Source: Alphaproteobacteria bacterium | GTDB lineage: Bacteria; Pseudomonadota; Alphaproteobacteria; GCA-2731375 | Length of the DNA stretch: 64,000 nucleotides | Assembly: GCA_965225945.1 (NCBI GenBank) | Contig: CBDDBZ010000037.1 | Span: 320,001 to 384,000, forward strand | Direction of reading: 5' to 3' | Position numbers and translations under genes: made by a program | Notes under the pieces: generated by a model | Seen by the model: only the letters and a program-made list of their open reading frames with translations | The model's database searches: none | Told to the model about the DNA's origin: nothing | Shown: one piece after another, positions 1 through 9,495 of the stretch | How the letters are laid out: every line of letters begins with the position of its first letter | Numbering within the stretch: the first letter of the stretch is position 1

Positions 1-184
1 GCAGAAAATCTCCGGCGGCTTCCGCAGCCAGAAAGGCGCCGAAGACTTTGCCACCGTCCGCGGCTTCATCTCGACCGCCAGAAAACAGGGCTGGAACATC
101 ATCCAGGCGCTCATGGAAAATCCCGAAACCCTGATCGAGCGTCTCCACGCCGCCTAAAAGGCCACCATGTACCTGGGCAGTTAC
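1..184 (+). mobile_element. Right end of an IS66-family element (transposase C-terminus 2-157 plus IRR)
   Basis: Frame from 2 reads QKISGGFRSQKGAEDFATVRGFISTARKQGWNII...*, similar to the C-terminus of the transposase at 15507-17045. Terminal ACCTGGGCAGTTAC ends at 184, 1 mismatch from the IRR at 17113-17126. Confidence 0.9.
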
Positions 185-910
185 GGTGAATGAGGAATTG
201 CGAGCGATAACGAAAAGGGAGCGGAAGCGCGACAGCGCAGTGATGACATCCTCCGCGATGCCGTCGGCGAAATATTCTTGCTCTGGATCGCCGGACATGT
301 TCTCGAACGGCAGCACGGCGATCGAGGGCTTGTCGGGCAACGGCAACGGCGCATCGCCGGAGGTGGGAGTTGTGGCAGCCGAAACGACCGGCGACCAATG
401 CCAGACCTGGACCGGCCGGGCAATGTTCTTCATTGCCTGAGCGCCGCCATCGGCGAATTCAACGCCGAGTTTTCCGAGCACCTCGGCGTGCACCTTCTCC
501 GAGATACAGACGCCACCGGGTTCAGCGATCTCCTGCAATCGAGCGGCTACATTCACGCCGTCGCCGTAGATATCGTCGCCATCTACGATTACATCACCAA
601 GGTTCACGCCTACCCGGTATTCAATCCGCTGGTCATCGCGCCCGTTTGTGTCGTATTCAGCGACCTTTGTCTGCACCGCAATAGCCCAATTGACGGCATC
701 CATGACGCTCGGAAACTCGGCCAACAGTCCGTCCCCCATGAGCTTCACGACCCGTCCGCCGTGCTCGGCGATCTTCGGCGCGACCAGTTCCGCAAAACGG
801 GCCTTGAGGCGAGCGTGGGTGCCAGCCTCGTCCGCGCCCATGAGACGCGAATAGCCGACCACATCGGCGGATACGATTGCTACCAGTCTGCGCTGAGTGA
901 ACTCGGACAT
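185..910 (-). pseudogene. Class III adenylate/guanylate cyclase + TolB-N protein, interrupted by IS66
   Basis: Minus strand from ATG at 910: MSEFTQRRLVAIVSADVVGYSRLMG...GDDIYGDGVNVAARLQ...DKPSIAVLPFENMSGDPEQEYFADG...ARNSSFT, then cut by the IS66 end. Paralog of 9496-11244. Confidence 0.85.
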
Positions 911-1254
911 ATCGAGAGTTTAGCCGCGGCGACGATGATCGGGAATAGGGCTGCCGACTGCGGCTCTTCAAATGCAGCCGCCAGCCCGGCTGTGACATAC
1001 ACATTAGTCGGATGGAATGTCGTGTTCTGGCTACAAGCCGACTCGACGCCGGCGGCCATGCATCGTCGGCTTTCACCAACTCCGGAAATCTCTTCTCGTT
1101 GCGTCGTGTGAAGATATTCGCGCTCAGGTAGGCGCTCACAAACGGTCGTTTTTGCCACGCTTGGTGCCCGTGGTGGAAAACTGCCGTTTTCGGGTCATCA
1201 AAAACCCCTGTCGAAAGTCTCGATACTTTGAAAGGTTTTTGGCGCGCCGATGGC

Positions 1255-1490
1255 ATGACTTCCGGGTTCGCTGGCGTCTCCACGGACGATCGGCACCTCG
1301 AGGCGCGGATCGATGCGGGCGCCGAGAAGATTTTCGAGGAGCCGATCACCGGCACGTCGAAGGCGCGCCGCAGTTCCCGAACCCCCGCGAGCGGCTCGGC
1401 GCGGATGGCGTGGTGATCGTCACCGAGTACGACCGGCACGCGGTCGCCGGAGGACCTCATGGAGATCCTCGACCCGGTCCGCGCCACGGT
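1255..1490 (+). pseudogene. Degenerate serine recombinase (resolvase) N-terminal remnant
   Basis: Across frames: GFAGVSTDDRHLEARIDAGAEKIFEEPITGTSKAR...VVIVTEYDRH...DLMEILD, resembling the GYARVST and VVVTKLDRL resolvase motifs. Frameshifted. Confidence 0.6.
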
Positions 1491-1903
1491 CGAGGAATCC
1501 TTCGAGGTGATGGACTGGTTCAAGACCGAGATGCGGGCCCGGGTGGAGGGATAGAGCGTCGGCGCGATCGGGCTCAGAACATCGTCGTCACGCCGGCCAT
1601 CGCGAGGACGGCGGTGGAGAGCGACATGGTGGTCGCGACGAGAACGAAGAAACGTGTCGGGTCGACGGGCTTGATCAGGGCGGCGGCGAACATGGCGATA
1701 TCCTTTCGAGATCGTATTCCGCCGAACATCGTCTCTTGGTCCATTCGGCGAGCCATATTCAACGTGTGATCGATCCTCGGTTGGTGTAGTGACGGCGGTC
1801 ACGTGCTCGGCGATATTTCTGCCCGCGTTGACGCCCCCGGAGCGCGGCGAACATACTTACCCTGGCGAATGCATCTCGGCGAAGGCGGGGGAGGGCTGGT
1901 GGC

Positions 1904-2713
1904 GTGGAGGACAATTCGGAACTCGGCTTGGAGGGCAAGGTGGCGATCGTGCTGGGCGGCGGCAGCCGTGCCGAGGGCATCGGCAACGGGCGCGCCGCCG
2001 CGATCCTGCTGGCCCGCGCCGGCGCCAAGGTGGTGGTGGTCGACGCCAAGATCGAAAACGCCGAGGCCACGGTGGCGATGATCGCCGCCGAGGGCGGTGA
2101 GGCGAGCGCAATTGCCGCCGATGCCACCTCCAGCGAGGACTGCCGGCGCATGGTGGCCACCGCGCTTGAACGCCATGGCCGGCTCGACGTGCTCGACAAC
2201 AACATCGGGATTTCCAGCCAGGGCTCCGTCGTCGAGGAGAGCGAGGAGGGCTGGAAGCACCTGATGGACGTCAACGTCACGGCCATGTTCCTCGCCGCCA
2301 AGCACGCGGTGCCGGCGATGATCGCGTCCGGCGAGGGCGGCTCGATCATCAACATCTCCTCGATCTCGGCGCTCAGGCCGCGCGGCCTGACGGCCTATAC
2401 CACCTCGAAGGGCGCGGTGATCGCGCTCACCCGGGCGATGGCGGTGGATCACGGGCCGGACGGCATCCGGGTCAACTGCGTCGCCCCCGGTCCGGTCTAC
2501 ACACCCATGGTGTATGGCCACGGCATGAGCGAGGAGACCCGCGATCGCCGTCGCGCCGCCTCCGTCCTGGGGCTGGAGGGCACCGGCTGGGACATCGGCA
2601 ACGCCGTGCTGTTCCTGGCCTCGGCCCGGGCCCGCTACATCACCGGCCAGACCCTGGTGGTCGACGGTGGCGCCACCCTGGTCGGCCCCCGCCGCGATCA
2701 CGACCGGCACTAG
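1904..2713 (+). CDS. SDR family NAD(P)-dependent oxidoreductase
   Basis: GGGS...GIGNG Rossmann motif, NNIGI, YTTSK catalytic motif, IRVNCVAPG, ITGQTLVVDGG. Confidence 0.92.
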   Translation: MEDNSELGLEGKVAIVLGGGSRAEGIGNGRAAAILLARAGAKVVVVDAKIENAEATVAMIAAEGGEASAIAADATSSEDCRRMVATALERHGRLDVLDNNIGISSQGSVVEESEEGWKHLMDVNVTAMFLAAKHAVPAMIASGEGGSIINISSISALRPRGLTAYTTSKGAVIALTRAMAVDHGPDGIRVNCVAPGPVYTPMVYGHGMSEETRDRRRAASVLGLEGTGWDIGNAVLFLASARARYITGQTLVVDGGATLVGPRRDHDRH

Positions 2714-2747
2714 TGACAGATCGTACCCACGAGAGAGGAAACCCGTC

Positions 2748-3308
2748 ATGGCCCGCGTTCCCTACAACGATCCCGACGACCTGCCGGAGGACCGGCGCGA
2801 TCTCTTGAGGCGCAACGTCAACCTGCTGCGCGCCATGACCCACAGCCTGGATTGCTGCCAGCACTTCAGCCGCTTCGCCCAGTGGGTCCGCTTCGAGAGC
2901 CGGCTCGATCCCCGGCTCCGCGAGCTGGCGATCCTGCAAGTCGGCTACCTCGCCCGCAGCCCCTACGAATACAGCCATCACCTCAAGATCTGCCTCGACT
3001 TCGGCGTCACCGAGGACGATATCCGCGATCTTGCCGCCTACAACGAGGGCCGAGAGAACGGCTTCGGCGAGCTCGAGAGGCTGGTGCTCCAGGGTGCCGC
3101 GGAGATGACCGAGGAGGGCGAGATGCGGGCCGCCACGTTCGAGGCGCTCGCCGGCCATTTCGATCATGAACGGATGATCGACCTGGTGGTGATCACCGGC
3201 ACCTATTGCGGCCTGGTCCGGATCCTCGCCTCGCTCGACATCGAGGTGGAGCCGGAATACCAGACCCATCTCGACAAGTTTCCGCTGCCGGGGGGCGGCG
3301 CGGCGTGA
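2748..3308 (+). CDS. Carboxymuconolactone decarboxylase / AhpD-like family protein
   Basis: LDPRLRELAILQVG...YEYSHH motif. GAGGA RBS precedes ATG 2748. Confidence 0.8.
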   Translation: MARVPYNDPDDLPEDRRDLLRRNVNLLRAMTHSLDCCQHFSRFAQWVRFESRLDPRLRELAILQVGYLARSPYEYSHHLKICLDFGVTEDDIRDLAAYNEGRENGFGELERLVLQGAAEMTEEGEMRAATFEALAGHFDHERMIDLVVITGTYCGLVRILASLDIEVEPEYQTHLDKFPLPGGGAA

Positions 3309-5377
3309 GCTGGCGCATCGGCGTCGATATCGGCGGCACCTTCACCGATGTCGCGCTGGTGAAAGAGACCGGCGGCGCCATTGCCATCGCCAAGGTCCCG
3401 ACCACGCCCCGCGATCTCAGCGAAGGCGTGATGGGGGCGCTCGAGACGGCGCTGGAACGCAATGGAATCGCGGCCGACGACGTCGGCTTCCTGAGCCACG
3501 CGACCACGGTGGTGACCAACGCGCTGCTGGAATTGAGCGGTGCCCGCACCGCGCTGATCTCGACCCGGGGCTTTCGCGATCTGTTGGAGTTGCGCCGCTC
3601 GGCCCGAAGCAATCTCTACGATCTGTTCCAGGACCCGCCCGACGTCCTGGTGCCGCGCCACCTGAGGTTGGAGGTCACCGAGCGCCTGGACGCCCAGGGC
3701 GAGGTGGTGATCCCGCTCGAGGAAGGCGAGATCGACGGTGTGATCGAGCAATTGCGTGCCGCGAAGGTCGAGGCGGTCGCGGTCTGCTTGCTCTTTTCCT
3801 TCCTCGACGACGCGCACGAACGGCGGCTGGCCGAACGGCTGCGCCACGGCCTGCCGGGGATCCCGGTCTTCGTCTCGAGCGAGGTCTTGCCGGAGATCCG
3901 CGAGTTCGAGCGGGCCAGCACCACCGCTGTCTGTGCCTATGTCGGGCCGATCCTGGCTTCCTACCTGGAGCGGATCGCCGACGCGATCGCCGAATTGGGC
4001 CTGCCGCCGATGCGCGTGATGGCGTCGAGCGGTGGCGTGTTGGAGGTCGCGGAGGTGCTGCGGATGCCGGCGATGGCGGTCGAGTCGGGCCCCGCCGCCG
4101 GCGTCGTCGCCGCGGCCGCGGTCGCCCGCCAGATGGGCGAGCCCAACCTGATCTCCTTCGACATGGGGGGGACGACGGCGAAGGCGAGCCTGATCGAGAA
4201 CGGCAGCGTCGAGACCACCTCGGAGTACGAGGTCGGCGGCGACGGCAGCGCCAACCGCTGGCTGCACGGCACCGGCCATCCGATCCGCGTGCCCGTCATC
4301 GATCTCGCCGAGGTCAGCGCCGGCGGTGGCTCCATCGCCTGGATCGATCCCGGCGGCGCCCTCAAGGTCGGGCCGAGGAGTGCGGGGGCCGAGCCGGGTC
4401 CGGTCTGCTACGGTGCCGGCGGGAGAGAGCCGACGGTCACCGACGCCGACCTGGTGTTGGGCTACCTCGATCCCGCTCATCTCCTGGGCGGCGACCTGGC
4501 CCTCGACATCGGGGCGGCGCGGGCGGCGATCGCCGAGAAGCTGGCCGAGCCCCTCGGCCTGACGGTCGAGGAGGCCGCGCTGGGCGTGGTCGACGTCGTC
4601 AACAACGCGATGGCGGAAGCGCTGCGCATCGTTTCCGTCGCCCGGGGCTTTGATGCGCGCGAATTTGCGCTGATCGCCTTCGGCGGCGCCGGCCCGGTGC
4701 ACGCGGCCGCCTTGGCGGGCGAGCTGGAGATCCCCCGCGTCATCGTGCCGCCCATCGCCGGCGGCTTCTCCGCCCTCGGCCTGGTCGTGACCGATCTCCG
4801 CCGCGACTACGCGCGGACCTTCTACACCACGCTTCGAGAGGCGGACCTCGACGCCCTCCAGCGGAGCTTCGCCGAATTAGAGGCCTCGGCCCGCGCCATG
4901 CTGGCCGCGACCACGGTGCCCAGGAAGCGCTGGCGGATCGAGCGCCACGCCGATCTCCGCTATCCCCGCCAGGCCTACGAACTGACGCTGCCGGTGGCGG
5001 CGGGCGAATTGTCGCGCGAGGTGCTGGCGGCGCTCGCGGCCGCCTTCCATGCCAAGCACAAGGCGACCTACGGACACGAGAGCCCCCACGAGGAGGTGCA
5101 CATGGTCAACATCCGGCTCACGGCACTTGGCGAGATCGACCCGATCGAGGTCGGCGCGCCCGGCGAGGGCGGCGCGGCCAGGGGCGTGCGCAAGGTCGTT
5201 TTTCCGGGCCCTTGCGAGACGACGGCGAGCGTGGTCGCGCGCGATCGGATGGCGCCGGGCGAGGAGGTGGCGGGGCCGGCGGTGTTGCAGGCCCTCGACT
5301 GCACGACGCTGGTGCCTCCCGGTTGGCGGGCGCGCGCCGACGAACGCGGCTTCGTCGTGATGGAGAGGACAATATGA
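3305..5377 (+). CDS. Hydantoinase A / oxoprolinase subunit
   Basis: IGVDIGGTFTD, ESGPAAG, DMGGTTAK, GPRSAGAEPGP, AFGGAGPVHA. GTG start overlaps the upstream stop. Confidence 0.93.
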   Translation: MSWRIGVDIGGTFTDVALVKETGGAIAIAKVPTTPRDLSEGVMGALETALERNGIAADDVGFLSHATTVVTNALLELSGARTALISTRGFRDLLELRRSARSNLYDLFQDPPDVLVPRHLRLEVTERLDAQGEVVIPLEEGEIDGVIEQLRAAKVEAVAVCLLFSFLDDAHERRLAERLRHGLPGIPVFVSSEVLPEIREFERASTTAVCAYVGPILASYLERIADAIAELGLPPMRVMASSGGVLEVAEVLRMPAMAVESGPAAGVVAAAAVARQMGEPNLISFDMGGTTAKASLIENGSVETTSEYEVGGDGSANRWLHGTGHPIRVPVIDLAEVSAGGGSIAWIDPGGALKVGPRSAGAEPGPVCYGAGGREPTVTDADLVLGYLDPAHLLGGDLALDIGAARAAIAEKLAEPLGLTVEEAALGVVDVVNNAMAEALRIVSVARGFDAREFALIAFGGAGPVHAAALAGELEIPRVIVPPIAGGFSALGLVVTDLRRDYARTFYTTLREADLDALQRSFAELEASARAMLAATTVPRKRWRIERHADLRYPRQAYELTLPVAAGELSREVLAALAAAFHAKHKATYGHESPHEEVHMVNIRLTALGEIDPIEVGAPGEGGAARGVRKVVFPGPCETTASVVARDRMAPGEEVAGPAVLQALDCTTLVPPGWRARADERGFVVMERTI

Positions 5378-7119
5378 CCGACGAGACGGCGAGGAGCGCG
5401 TTCCGGGCGAGCGTCGATCCGGCCACCTTCGAGGTGGTGAAGAACAGCCTCTATTCGGCGGCGGAGGAGATGAAGATCGTGCTGGCGAAGACTGCCTATT
5501 CGCCGCTGCTGAAGGTCGCGGGCGACTATTCCTGCGGCATTTTCGACGCCGCCGGCGAGATGGTGGCGCAGGGTCCGGACCTGCCGATCCACCTGGGCTC
5601 GATGCCGGATTCGGTGAAGGCGGTGCGCCAAGCCTGGCCGGAGCCCGGGCCGGGCGACGTATTCATTCACAACGATCCCTATTTCGGCGGCAGCCATCTG
5701 CCCGACGTGAACGTGGTGACGCCGGCTTTCGACGAGGCGGGCGAACTGCTGGGCTTCGCCTGCGTTCGCGCCCATTGGCCCGACATCGGAGGGGCCACGC
5801 CCGGCAGCTACGGCGCGGCCACCGACATATATGGCGAGGGGCTGCGCCTGCCACCGGTCCGCCTCTTCATCGCGGGCGAGATCAACCCGGACGTCGATGC
5901 GCTGATCTTCGCCAACGTGCGCACGCCCGAGGAGCGGCGCGGCGACCTTCGCGCCCAGGTCGCGGCCAACCGGCGCGGCGCCGAGCGGCTCTCGGTCCTG
6001 GCCCGAAAGCACGGCAGCGCCAGCTTGCGTCGGATCATGGCCGACATCATGGACTATTCCGAAGTGATGATGCGCCGCGCGATTGCGGAGCTCGCCGACG
6101 GCGAGGGCGCCTTCGAGGAGCTGATGGACGGCGACGGCGTCGCCGACGACGAGGACGGCAACGACGCGCCGATCCGGGTCAAGATTCGGGTGGTGAAGCG
6201 CGGGCCCGAGCTGCTGGTCGATTTCGCCGGCTCCGATCCCCAGAGCCCCGGGCCGATGAACGCGCCGCTGGCGGTCACCGCCTCGGGCGTCTTCACCTCG
6301 GTCAAGATGCTGGCCGATCCCGGCAACGTGATCCCGCCGAATTCCGGCTGCTGGCGTCCGATCACGGTTCTGGCGCCGCCCGGCTCGGTGATGCACGCGA
6401 CGCTGCCGGCCCCGGTGGTTTATGCCAACCACGAGGTCGGCCACCGGGCTGCCGACATGTTCTTCGCCGCCATGGCCCAGATCGCGCCGCAGAGCGTCAT
6501 GGCCTGCAGCCAGGGGACCTCGGCGATCCTGACCTTGGGCGGCATCGATTATCGCAACGGGCGAGCTTACGTCAGCTACGAGACGCTGAAGGGCGGTTTC
6601 GGCGCGCGGCCCACCAAGGACGGCATCAATGGGCTGGCGAGCGGCATCGCCAATACCATGAACACCCCCGTCGAGGTGTTGGAGATGAGCTTTCCCGTCC
6701 GGGTGGAGGCCTATGAGTTGATCCCGGATTCAGGGGGCGCGGGTCGTTGGCGGGGCGGCCTCGGCACCCGGCGCGTGACCCGCGTGCTGGGCTCGGATGC
6801 CAGCGCCAGCGTCTGCTGCGAGCGCACGCTCGCCGCGCCCTTCGGGCTCGAGGGCGGGCACGACGGGGCGCCGGCCGAGATCGTTCTGGTCGATCCCAAC
6901 GGAGGGCACTCGGCGCTCGCCAGCAAGGGGCCGTTCAAGGCCATCGCCGGCTCCAAGGTGATCTATAGCGCGCCCGGCTCCGGTGGCTGGGGCCCGCCGG
7001 GGATGCGGGATCGGGACGCGCTCCGCGCCGACCTCCGCGACGGCTACGTGACGCCGGCCGGCGCCCGTGCCGCCTATGGCGTCGATCCCGAGACGCTGGC
7101 GGGCGGCGTGGAAGACTGA
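5374..7119 (+). CDS. Hydantoinase B / oxoprolinase subunit
   Basis: DYSCGIFD, PIHLGSM, HNDPYFGGSHLPD, HWPDIGG, DSGGAGRWRGG. ATGA overlap with subunit A. Confidence 0.93.
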   Translation: MTDETARSAFRASVDPATFEVVKNSLYSAAEEMKIVLAKTAYSPLLKVAGDYSCGIFDAAGEMVAQGPDLPIHLGSMPDSVKAVRQAWPEPGPGDVFIHNDPYFGGSHLPDVNVVTPAFDEAGELLGFACVRAHWPDIGGATPGSYGAATDIYGEGLRLPPVRLFIAGEINPDVDALIFANVRTPEERRGDLRAQVAANRRGAERLSVLARKHGSASLRRIMADIMDYSEVMMRRAIAELADGEGAFEELMDGDGVADDEDGNDAPIRVKIRVVKRGPELLVDFAGSDPQSPGPMNAPLAVTASGVFTSVKMLADPGNVIPPNSGCWRPITVLAPPGSVMHATLPAPVVYANHEVGHRAADMFFAAMAQIAPQSVMACSQGTSAILTLGGIDYRNGRAYVSYETLKGGFGARPTKDGINGLASGIANTMNTPVEVLEMSFPVRVEAYELIPDSGGAGRWRGGLGTRRVTRVLGSDASASVCCERTLAAPFGLEGGHDGAPAEIVLVDPNGGHSALASKGPFKAIAGSKVIYSAPGSGGWGPPGMRDRDALRADLRDGYVTPAGARAAYGVDPETLAGGVED

Positions 7120-7144
7120 CCAAACGGCACGTCGGCCGGCTGTG

Positions 7145-7978
7145 TCAACCGGCACCCGCGCCGTCGAGGCCGAGGTGGGACAGGATCAAGCCGGCCTGGG
7201 CGCGGACCATGTCGTGGCCGCTCTGGGTGATGCAGCCGAGCCTCCGTGCCTGCGCCAGCATCGGCGAGACCTCGGGCGCGAGGATGACGTCGGCGAGCGC
7301 CGTTTCAGCCCGAAGGTCCGTGAGATCGAAGGGCAGGGGATCGCCCGCAGCCATGCCCAGCGGTGTTGCGTTCACCAGCACGTCGTAATCGCCGGCGCCG
7401 CTCGGCCCCTTGTCGAGCGCCAGGCCTGGGAACTCGCGCGCCAGATCGTCGACGAGCGCGGCCAGGCGTCCCTCGTCGCAATCGTGGAGCCGGAGGCTGG
7501 CGACGCCCGCGTCGGCGAGCGCGAAGGCGATCGCGCGGCCGACGCCGCCGGCGCCGAGTTGCGCGGCGCGCGCGCCCTCCAGCCGGACACCCCGGCTCTT
7601 CAGGCCCGAGACGCAGCCGATGCCGTCGGTGTGATGGCCCACCCAGCGCCCGTCGTCGTCGCGCCGGATCACGTTCGCCGCGCCGACCCGCCGCGCGATC
7701 GGCGACAATTCGTCGATTCTACGCGCCGCCTCGATCTTGTGCGGCATGGTGGCGATGAAACCGTCGAGGTTGCGGATCGTCCGCACGGCCTCGAACCAGC
7801 GCGCGAAGTCGCCATCGGCGACCTGCATCGGGATCAGCACGGCGGGGATGCCCGCCTCGCGGAACAGCGCGTTGAAGATGCCGGGGGAGCCCACCTGGAC
7901 AATCGGGTCGCCGACCACGGCATAGAGGCGGGTCGCGCCCGTGATGGCCAGCGGCAGTCCCAGTTCGCCTTCCGACAT
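7145..7978 (-). CDS. Shikimate dehydrogenase family protein
   Basis: GDPIVQVGSP, TMPHK, HTDGIG, GAGGVG, NATPLGM. Confidence 0.85.
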   Translation of the reverse strand: MSEGELGLPLAITGATRLYAVVGDPIVQVGSPGIFNALFREAGIPAVLIPMQVADGDFARWFEAVRTIRNLDGFIATMPHKIEAARRIDELSPIARRVGAANVIRRDDDGRWVGHHTDGIGCVSGLKSRGVRLEGARAAQLGAGGVGRAIAFALADAGVASLRLHDCDEGRLAALVDDLAREFPGLALDKGPSGAGDYDVLVNATPLGMAAGDPLPFDLTDLRAETALADVILAPEVSPMLAQARRLGCITQSGHDMVRAQAGLILSHLGLDGAGAG

Positions 7979-8052
7979 CTCTCGATCCTCCCGGTTGCGC
8001 GGGCCGTTTAATATGTCGATAATCGCCGCCTTCGAGCAAGGGAGCCACACCG

Positions 8053-9426
8053 ATGAACATTCCGCTGAATTCGGCCCGCGCGCGCGACATCGCCAGCCAA
8101 GTTCATCCCCAGACCGACCTGGTCAAACACAGCCGAGAAGGCCCGCTGGTCATCGAATCCGGCGACGGGATTTACGTCCGCGACGACGACGGCAATGTCT
8201 ATATCGAGACGGTGTCGGGTCTGTGGTGCGCCTCCCTCGGTTTCGCCAACGAGCGCTTGGCCCGCGTCGCCTACGAGCAGATGCGTATCCTCGGCTTCTA
8301 TCATTCGTTCCGCAACAAGGCGAACCCGCCGAGCATCGATCTCGCCGAGGCGCTGCTGGCGCTGGCGCCGGTCGAGATGTCGAAGGTCGTCTTCCAGTGT
8401 TCCGGCTCGGAGGCGAACGACACCGCGATCAAGCTGGTCTGGTACTACCACAACGCCGTCGGCAAGCCGGAGAAGAAGAAGGTGATCGGGCGCCACAAGG
8501 GCTATCACGGCAGCACCATCGCCGCCGTCAGCCTCTCCGGCAAGCCGGACATGCACGCCGAATTCGACCTGCCGGTGAGCCCTCGTTTCCTCCATGTCGA
8601 CCCGCCGCACCACTATCGCTACGCCCAAGAGGGCGAGAGCGAGGACGCTTTCGCGACCCGCATGGCCGACGAGCTGGAGGCGCTGATCGTGGCGGAGGGG
8701 CCGGAGACCGTCGCCGCCTTCTTCGCCGAGCCGGTGATGGGCGCCGGCGGCGGCCTGGTGCCGCCCCGGACTTATTTCGACAAGGTGCAGGCCGTGCTCG
8801 CCCGCCATGAGGTGCTGTTCGTCGTCGACGAGGTGATCTGTGGCTTCGGGCGGACCGGCAACTGGTGGGGCAGCCAGACCTTCGACCTCAGGCCCGACAT
8901 CATCACCTGCGCCAAGGCGCTCTCGGGCGCCTTCCAGCCGATCTCGGCGATCCTGATCGGCGAGAAGATCTACCAGGCGATGCTGGAGGAGAGCCGCAAG
9001 GTCGGCATCTTCGCCCACGGCTTCACCTTCGCCGGCCACCCGGTGGCCGCCGCCGTGGCGCGGGAGACGCTCAGGATCTACCAGGAAGACGACATCATCG
9101 GCCACGTCCGCGCCGTGGCGCCGCGCTTCCAGGCCGCGATTCGAGCCCTCGCCAGCCATGACAATGTCGACGACGTGATGGGCGTCGGTCTGCTGGCGAG
9201 CCTGGAGTTGGTGGTCGACAAGGCGAGCAAGGCGCCGTTCCCGAAGGAGGCCGGGCTCGCCGACAGGATCGAGCAGGCGGCCTACCGCAACGGGCTGATC
9301 CTGCGCAACGTCGGCGACCGCCTCGCCTTCGCGCCCCCGCTCATCATCACCGAGGACCAGATCGACGATCTGGCGGCCCGCGTTGCCTGTGTCATCGACG
9401 AGGTGGCGGGCGAAATCCTCGGCTAG
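8053..9426 (+). CDS. Class III (omega) aminotransferase
   Basis: SGSEAND, GYHGST, EPVMGAGG, DEVICGFGRTG, AKALS (PLP lysine), HGFTFAGHP. Confidence 0.93.
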   Translation: MNIPLNSARARDIASQVHPQTDLVKHSREGPLVIESGDGIYVRDDDGNVYIETVSGLWCASLGFANERLARVAYEQMRILGFYHSFRNKANPPSIDLAEALLALAPVEMSKVVFQCSGSEANDTAIKLVWYYHNAVGKPEKKKVIGRHKGYHGSTIAAVSLSGKPDMHAEFDLPVSPRFLHVDPPHHYRYAQEGESEDAFATRMADELEALIVAEGPETVAAFFAEPVMGAGGGLVPPRTYFDKVQAVLARHEVLFVVDEVICGFGRTGNWWGSQTFDLRPDIITCAKALSGAFQPISAILIGEKIYQAMLEESRKVGIFAHGFTFAGHPVAAAVARETLRIYQEDDIIGHVRAVAPRFQAAIRALASHDNVDDVMGVGLLASLELVVDKASKAPFPKEAGLADRIEQAAYRNGLILRNVGDRLAFAPPLIITEDQIDDLAARVACVIDEVAGEILG

Positions 9427-9495
9427 ACCGTCGGCTGTTCTCGAGAAACCGAGATGGCTGTTCCTACCGCTCGCGAGCTCCGCTAGACTTGAGCC

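Noticed and set aside
1574-1762. 62-aa ORF with a hydrophobic C-terminus
   Set aside because: It could be a real small membrane protein, but I see no motif or clear RBS to support a call.
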